Below are positions 16,086 to 20,000 of a DNA stretch of 20,000 bases, one piece after another. Made by a program: the position numbers and the translations under genes. The notes beneath the pieces are model-generated. The model did not search any database and had not been told where the DNA came from. It saw only the letters and a program-made list of their open reading frames with translations. Origin of the DNA: Limisphaerales bacterium (GTDB lineage: Bacteria > Verrucomicrobiota > Verrucomicrobiia > Limisphaerales > SIBE01); NCBI GenBank assembly GCA_044225505.1, contig JBGAIN010000005.1, positions 114,564 through 134,563 of the forward strand. The letters run 5' to 3'. Each line of letters begins with the position of its first letter. Within the stretch, counting starts at the first letter, position 1.

Positions 16086-17641
16086 AAACCGCCTTTCTCT
16101 GGCGTTTGCGCATAGCCCGACGCCGCCAGCAGGACGTTCTCTTGTGTTAGGGATGAACCTCGCAACTCGTTGGCGATTCTCCCGGCGTGCATCACCAGGA
16201 CGCGATCGCTCATTCCCATGACCTCGGGAAGATCGCTTGAAATCAAGAGCACGGCTTTGCCCATGCCCGCAAGCCGATCGATCAACGCATGGATCTCGGC
16301 TTTAGCACCGACGTCAACCCCGCGAGTCGGTTCGTCGAGCAGCAGGACGTCCGGTTCACGATCGAGCCACCGGGCCAGTAAACACTTCTGCTGGTTGCCA
16401 CCGCTCAAAGTGCCGACCGGCTGGTCGACGCGATGGGCCCGAATGTCATAACGTTGCAGCACCGCTGCAACCCGGGAGCGTTCCGCGGCGGCCGGTATTA
16501 GATTCCAACGCGCGAGCAGATCGGAAAATCCGATGCTCACGGCATCTGCAACCGAATGCTCGAGAACAAACCCCTGGCGTTTGCGCTCCTCGGGCAGGTA
16601 GACCAGACCGGAATTCAGGGAGTGTTTCGGACTCGACGGGCGCCAAGGCTGGCCCTGGAGCTTCATGGTTCCCGTCTGCAACGGATACAGTCCAAAAATG
16701 GCGCGAGCGACTTCGGATCGACCCGAACCGACGAGCCCGGCCAGTCCAACGATCTCCCCGGCGCGGAGGGAGAAAGTCACATCCTCAAAAAGCGGCGGGA
16801 ACGCGGCGTTTGAAAGCTCAAGGACGATTGGCCCAGGTTTATGTCGGGAATGAGGGTAAACCTGGTCCAGCGGGCGTCCCACCATGTCCCGAATTAGCTG
16901 ATTGATAGAGGTCGCCGACGTAGCTGACTCGGAGACGAGGGACCCATCGCGCAAGACGATAATTCGATCAGTAAGTTCCATGATCTCGTCAAGCCGATGC
17001 GAAACATAGAGGACAGCGATGCCACGGTTTTTGAACGTGCGGAGGTGCGTAAGTAAACGGGCGGCGTCGGGCTCGCTCAGGCTTGCGGTCGGTTCATCCA
17101 GGATGATCAAGCGAGCGTTCTGGGACAGAGCCCGAGCGATCGCGACTTCCTGGCGGTGCGCGGCACTCAGCTCGCTGAATAACTGCTGCGGAGACACCGG
17201 AATTGCAAACTGGTCGAGAATACCGGCAGCCGTGGCGTAGAGCTCCGTCCACCGAATTCCTCCCCATGAATAGCGCGGCCACTTCTGGCCTAGAAGCAGA
17301 TTCTCCGCAACGGTGAGTTGTCCGAAGAAAGCCAGTTCCTGATGAATGGTGGCGATTCCTGCGTCCAGTGCGGAATCCGGCGTGGAGAATTCTGTGACGT
17401 TCCCGAGCCACTCCATCTGGCCGCAGTCGGGAACACAGACGCCGCTCAGAAGCTTGATTAAAGTCGATTTGCCCGCTCCGTTCTCTCCGACCAATCCCAA
17501 TACCTCGCCTTCCCCAAGCTCCAGGCTCAAGGGCTTGAGCGCCGGGATACCCGAGTATGCTTTGGACACGCCTCGCAATTTCAGCAGACGGGGTCGCACG
17601 CCGAAAGCGTAATGGAGCCCGAAGCGAGGGTCGACCTTCAA
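16082..17641 (-). CDS. Monosaccharide ABC transporter ATP-binding protein with two NBDs (RbsA-like); start uncertain
   Basis: GENGAGKST, IILDEPTASL and YVSHRLDE in the first domain. GLVGSGRSE, LSGGNQQK, LLLDEPTRGVDVGAK and LISSDLPE in the second. Confidence 0.92.
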   Translation of the reverse strand: MKVDPRFGLHYAFGVRPRLLKLRGVSKAYSGIPALKPLSLELGEGEVLGLVGENGAGKSTLIKLLSGVCVPDCGQMEWLGNVTEFSTPDSALDAGIATIHQELAFFGQLTVAENLLLGQKWPRYSWGGIRWTELYATAAGILDQFAIPVSPQQLFSELSAAHRQEVAIARALSQNARLIILDEPTASLSEPDAARLLTHLRTFKNRGIAVLYVSHRLDEIMELTDRIIVLRDGSLVSESATSATSINQLIRDMVGRPLDQVYPHSRHKPGPIVLELSNAAFPPLFEDVTFSLRAGEIVGLAGLVGSGRSEVARAIFGLYPLQTGTMKLQGQPWRPSSPKHSLNSGLVYLPEERKRQGFVLEHSVADAVSIGFSDLLARWNLIPAAAERSRVAAVLQRYDIRAHRVDQPVGTLSGGNQQKCLLARWLDREPDVLLLDEPTRGVDVGAKAEIHALIDRLAGMGKAVLLISSDLPEVMGMSDRVLVMHAGRIANELRGSSLTQENVLLAASGYAQTPEKGGL

Positions 17642-17708
17642 CTCATCCCATTTTGAAACAAAGGCGAAACTTAACGTGCATCGTGCAAGGGTCGTTCCGG
17701 TCTGATTG

Positions 17709-18449
17709 TTATAGAATCGACGCGGCGCGGCGGCCCCCGAATGTCCCCGAACGGCGCTGGAACCGCCAGGCGGCCATCGCTACTAACGCAACGCCCGAGG
17801 CCAGGGCGCCATGCGCTGGTTCGGGAACAGCCGTAAACTCCAACGATGCACCCATAATCGCTCCGCTCCCTAACACCGAAGAATCCGAAACCGACAGTCT
17901 CCAGGTGCCCGCCGGAAAGGGTCCCGTAGGCCACGATTGGGCTGCAAAGACATCGCCGCTGCTCAGAAGCGTCATGCTGGACAAAGTCTGTTGCGTCAAA
18001 GGATCCAATGGTGCCCCTGTGGGGCCGAAGCGGTAGGAAGTCGGTTCCAAAACGAATGTGGAGTCGGGTTGAGAGGTAAACGTTCCCAACACGGTGGATG
18101 AGCCATCGGGACTCTCACTGGTCACGCCCACACGCTCAAAGAGCACGAACTCGGGACCTGCGGGCGAGATCAACTTCACCGTCAAGTCCCCCAGCCATTC
18201 GTGGCAAATGGTAATGTTAACATTATCTACAGATGCGATCGCGTCGCTGAAGCTCGTGGCAGAAATGCCCACCGGATCCCCGTCGGGGATGGCTGGCTGA
18301 GGGAAGTCGAAAGTGACGAGTTGAGCATAACTCGAGCAGCACGTCACGGCCGCCAGCGAGAGAGCAATGGCGGTGCTACGACAGCTTCGCTTTGTAGTCT
18401 GGTTAAGGAAACCAGCGAATGATCTAGTGGATCCATAATGTAATCTCAT
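17709..18449 (-). CDS. PEP-CTERM sorting-signal protein with proprotein-convertase P-domain-like region
   Basis: Signal peptide ending SYA/Q. P-domain-like motifs AIPD, VNITICHEWLGDLTVKLISPAG and GTWRLSVSD. C-terminus is VPEP + hydrophobic helix + basic tail (WRFQRR). Start uncertain. Confidence 0.85.
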   Translation of the reverse strand: MRLHYGSTRSFAGFLNQTTKRSCRSTAIALSLAAVTCCSSYAQLVTFDFPQPAIPDGDPVGISATSFSDAIASVDNVNITICHEWLGDLTVKLISPAGPEFVLFERVGVTSESPDGSSTVLGTFTSQPDSTFVLEPTSYRFGPTGAPLDPLTQQTLSSMTLLSSGDVFAAQSWPTGPFPAGTWRLSVSDSSVLGSGAIMGASLEFTAVPEPAHGALASGVALVAMAAWRFQRRSGTFGGRRAASIL

Positions 18450-18465
18450 GGAATCACGGTGGCAC

Positions 18466-18496
18466 GACGGCGCCCCTTCGACGATTGGGTGCCGTC
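18466..18496. other. Intergenic hairpin upstream of the PEP-CTERM gene
   Basis: GACGGCGCCC (18466-18475) and GGGTGCCGTC (18487-18496) pair with one G-T and enclose an 11-nt loop. There is no clear U-tract on the minus strand. Confidence 0.4.
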
Positions 18497-18566
18497 CCAA
18501 AACGCTGTCCGATTCTGGTGCCGGTCGGACGTCGGATGAACTCCTACGGCGGCGCGGCTGAAAAGA

Positions 18567-20000
18567 TTACTGACTGAACCTCAGACGATAAAAGCGGATG
18601 GACAGTGTGGCGGAATCCGGATCGATAAAGGTGAATGGCGCCGTCGTGAGACGAAACTGAACGAGCTTAGTCCACTGATTTAAGTCGGAACTTCCTTCCA
18701 ACTCATAATCGTGGCCCGCATCCCCGGAGATCGTTAGTCGCACCAGGCCAGAGTTCAGGCGGTCCAAGGCCAAGGTGCTGCCCGCTCCGGTCACGGTAAT
18801 CATGAAGGTGACCGCGCTATTGAGCGCAGGTGTGCCGTTATCGGATACGCGGAGCGTCACTGTATGAGTTCCGACTTGAGCCTCGGTTGGGGTCCACGTC
18901 AGCGTCCCTTTCGCGGCGTCCACGGAGAGGCCAGTGGGTGCGTTCTCAAGTTGGTAGCTCAGCGGATTGGCTGGCAAGTCGGCATCAGAGGCCTCTGCTT
19001 GCAGAGTAAGGGGTGTGCCAAAGTGCAGGGATTGGTTGGCGATCGCCTTTAACTCGGGCGCCGTATTCACTTCTCGAACAATGACGGTGAAACGATTGGT
19101 CGCGCTAAGCCGTGGAGTTCCGTCATCCGTGACTACCGTCGTGAGGATATTGGTGCTGGGGCCGTCCGCTTCCATAGGCGTCCAGGAAATCACGCCTGCG
19201 GGACTGATCGACGCGCCGGCCGGAGGTGAAATCAGCTGGTAAGAAAGCTGGTTCGCGGGCAAGTCGGCGTCCGTCGCCGTGTTGACGATATTCAGAGGGG
19301 AGCCTTCGTCGACTTCGCGGATGCCAGACTCGGGTAGAGCCGGGGCGCTATTCACCTCGCGAACAATCACGGTGAATACGTTCGTGGCGCTGAGCCGCGG
19401 CGTTCCGTCATCCGTGACCACCGTGGTGAGGGTGTTGGTGCTGGGACCATCCGCTTCCGTAGGTGCCCAGGAAATCACGCCCGAGGGACTGATCGACGCG
19501 CCGGCCGGAGGCGAAACTAGTTGGTAGGAAAGCTGGTTCGCGGGGAGATCTGTGTCCGTAGCGGTGTTGACGATGCTCAGCGGGGTACCTTCGTTGATTT
19601 CACGAGTCCCAGATTCGGGTAACACCGGCGGACTGTTGACGTCGCGAACGGTCACCGTAAAGCTCGCGGTCGCGTTGAGCGTGGGCACGCCGTTATCTTC
19701 GACTTTCACTGTGACGATGTTGGTGATGGGACCTTGAGCTTCGGTTGGAACCCAGGTAATGGCACCGGTCGCGGGGTTGATGGCCATTCCGGCAGGAGCA
19801 GACACCAAGGAGAACGTGGGCGTGTTCGCTGGCAGATCGGGATCAACCACTGTCGCGACGACGTTCAACGGCTGAAGCTCGTCCACCGTTTGCGGAGGTG
19901 GAAGTGTTAGTTGAGGCGGCAAGTTTACTTCACGGACGGTGACGGTCACTGTATTCGTGGCACTCAGATGAGGCGAATTGGCCGCGGGCGGATTATCGTC
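18567..20000 (-). CDS. Large surface protein with tandem putative Ig/cadherin-like (He_PIG-type) repeats, 5' end outside window
   Basis: Frame is open to base 20000. Units of about 95 aa carry VREVN.AP, ATD.DLPAN.L.Y.L, G.ISW.PTEA and VTDDG.P.LSAT. The C-terminal domain ends RFYRLRFSQ. Confidence 0.9.
   Translation of the reverse strand, partial: DDNPPAANSPHLSATNTVTVTVREVNLPPQLTLPPPQTVDELQPLNVVATVVDPDLPANTPTFSLVSAPAGMAINPATGAITWVPTEAQGPITNIVTVKVEDNGVPTLNATASFTVTVRDVNSPPVLPESGTREINEGTPLSIVNTATDTDLPANQLSYQLVSPPAGASISPSGVISWAPTEADGPSTNTLTTVVTDDGTPRLSATNVFTVIVREVNSAPALPESGIREVDEGSPLNIVNTATDADLPANQLSYQLISPPAGASISPAGVISWTPMEADGPSTNILTTVVTDDGTPRLSATNRFTVIVREVNTAPELKAIANQSLHFGTPLTLQAEASDADLPANPLSYQLENAPTGLSVDAAKGTLTWTPTEAQVGTHTVTLRVSDNGTPALNSAVTFMITVTGAGSTLALDRLNSGLVRLTISGDAGHDYELEGSSDLNQWTKLVQFRLTTAPFTFIDPDSATLSIRFYRLRFSQ
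19066..19635. repeat. Two closely similar 285-bp tandem coding repeats (19066-19350 and 19351-19635); more diverged units flank them
   Basis: Shared DNA blocks such as GTTCCGTCATCCGTGAC, CCAGGAAATCACGCC and GGGACTGATCGACGCGCCGGCCGGAGG recur at a 285-bp offset. Confidence 0.9.

Noticed and set aside
16700..16745. Degenerate second Walker A (GLVGSGRSE) in the sugar ABC ATPase
   Set aside because: Normal for the second nucleotide-binding domain of RbsA-type proteins.

Overview
GC-rich bacterial window, probably Verrucomicrobiota. That assignment is inferred from the PEP-CTERM protein and the 'SSDL..W...RFYR' C-terminal surface-protein motif. From left to right it holds: the 3' part of cinA; a minus-strand block of GMC oxidoreductase, secreted VOC/glyoxalase protein and [4Fe-4S] ferredoxin; and a divergent, tightly coupled plus-strand operon (OlsB-like GNAT, PlsC/OlsA-like acyltransferase, DoxX, DinB, DedA-ATP-grasp fusion, NRDE/TANGO2). 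That operon is the best candidate for an uncharacterised amino-acid/peptide-lipid synthesis and remodelling system. Its NRDE gene is split by one in-frame TAG inside an apparent ~117-bp insertion. Next come an intergenic element with a perfect 20-bp palindrome and 11-bp tandem repeats, then a minus-strand run. That run comprises a secreted beta-sandwich protein, a 1100-aa MacB/FtsX-type permease, a LolD-like ATPase with an aberrant Walker A (GSDKST), a sugar ABC permease and ATPase with no binding protein nearby, a P-domain PEP-CTERM protein and the 3' end of a large Ig/cadherin-repeat surface protein. All family calls come from motif recognition by eye; no searches were run.
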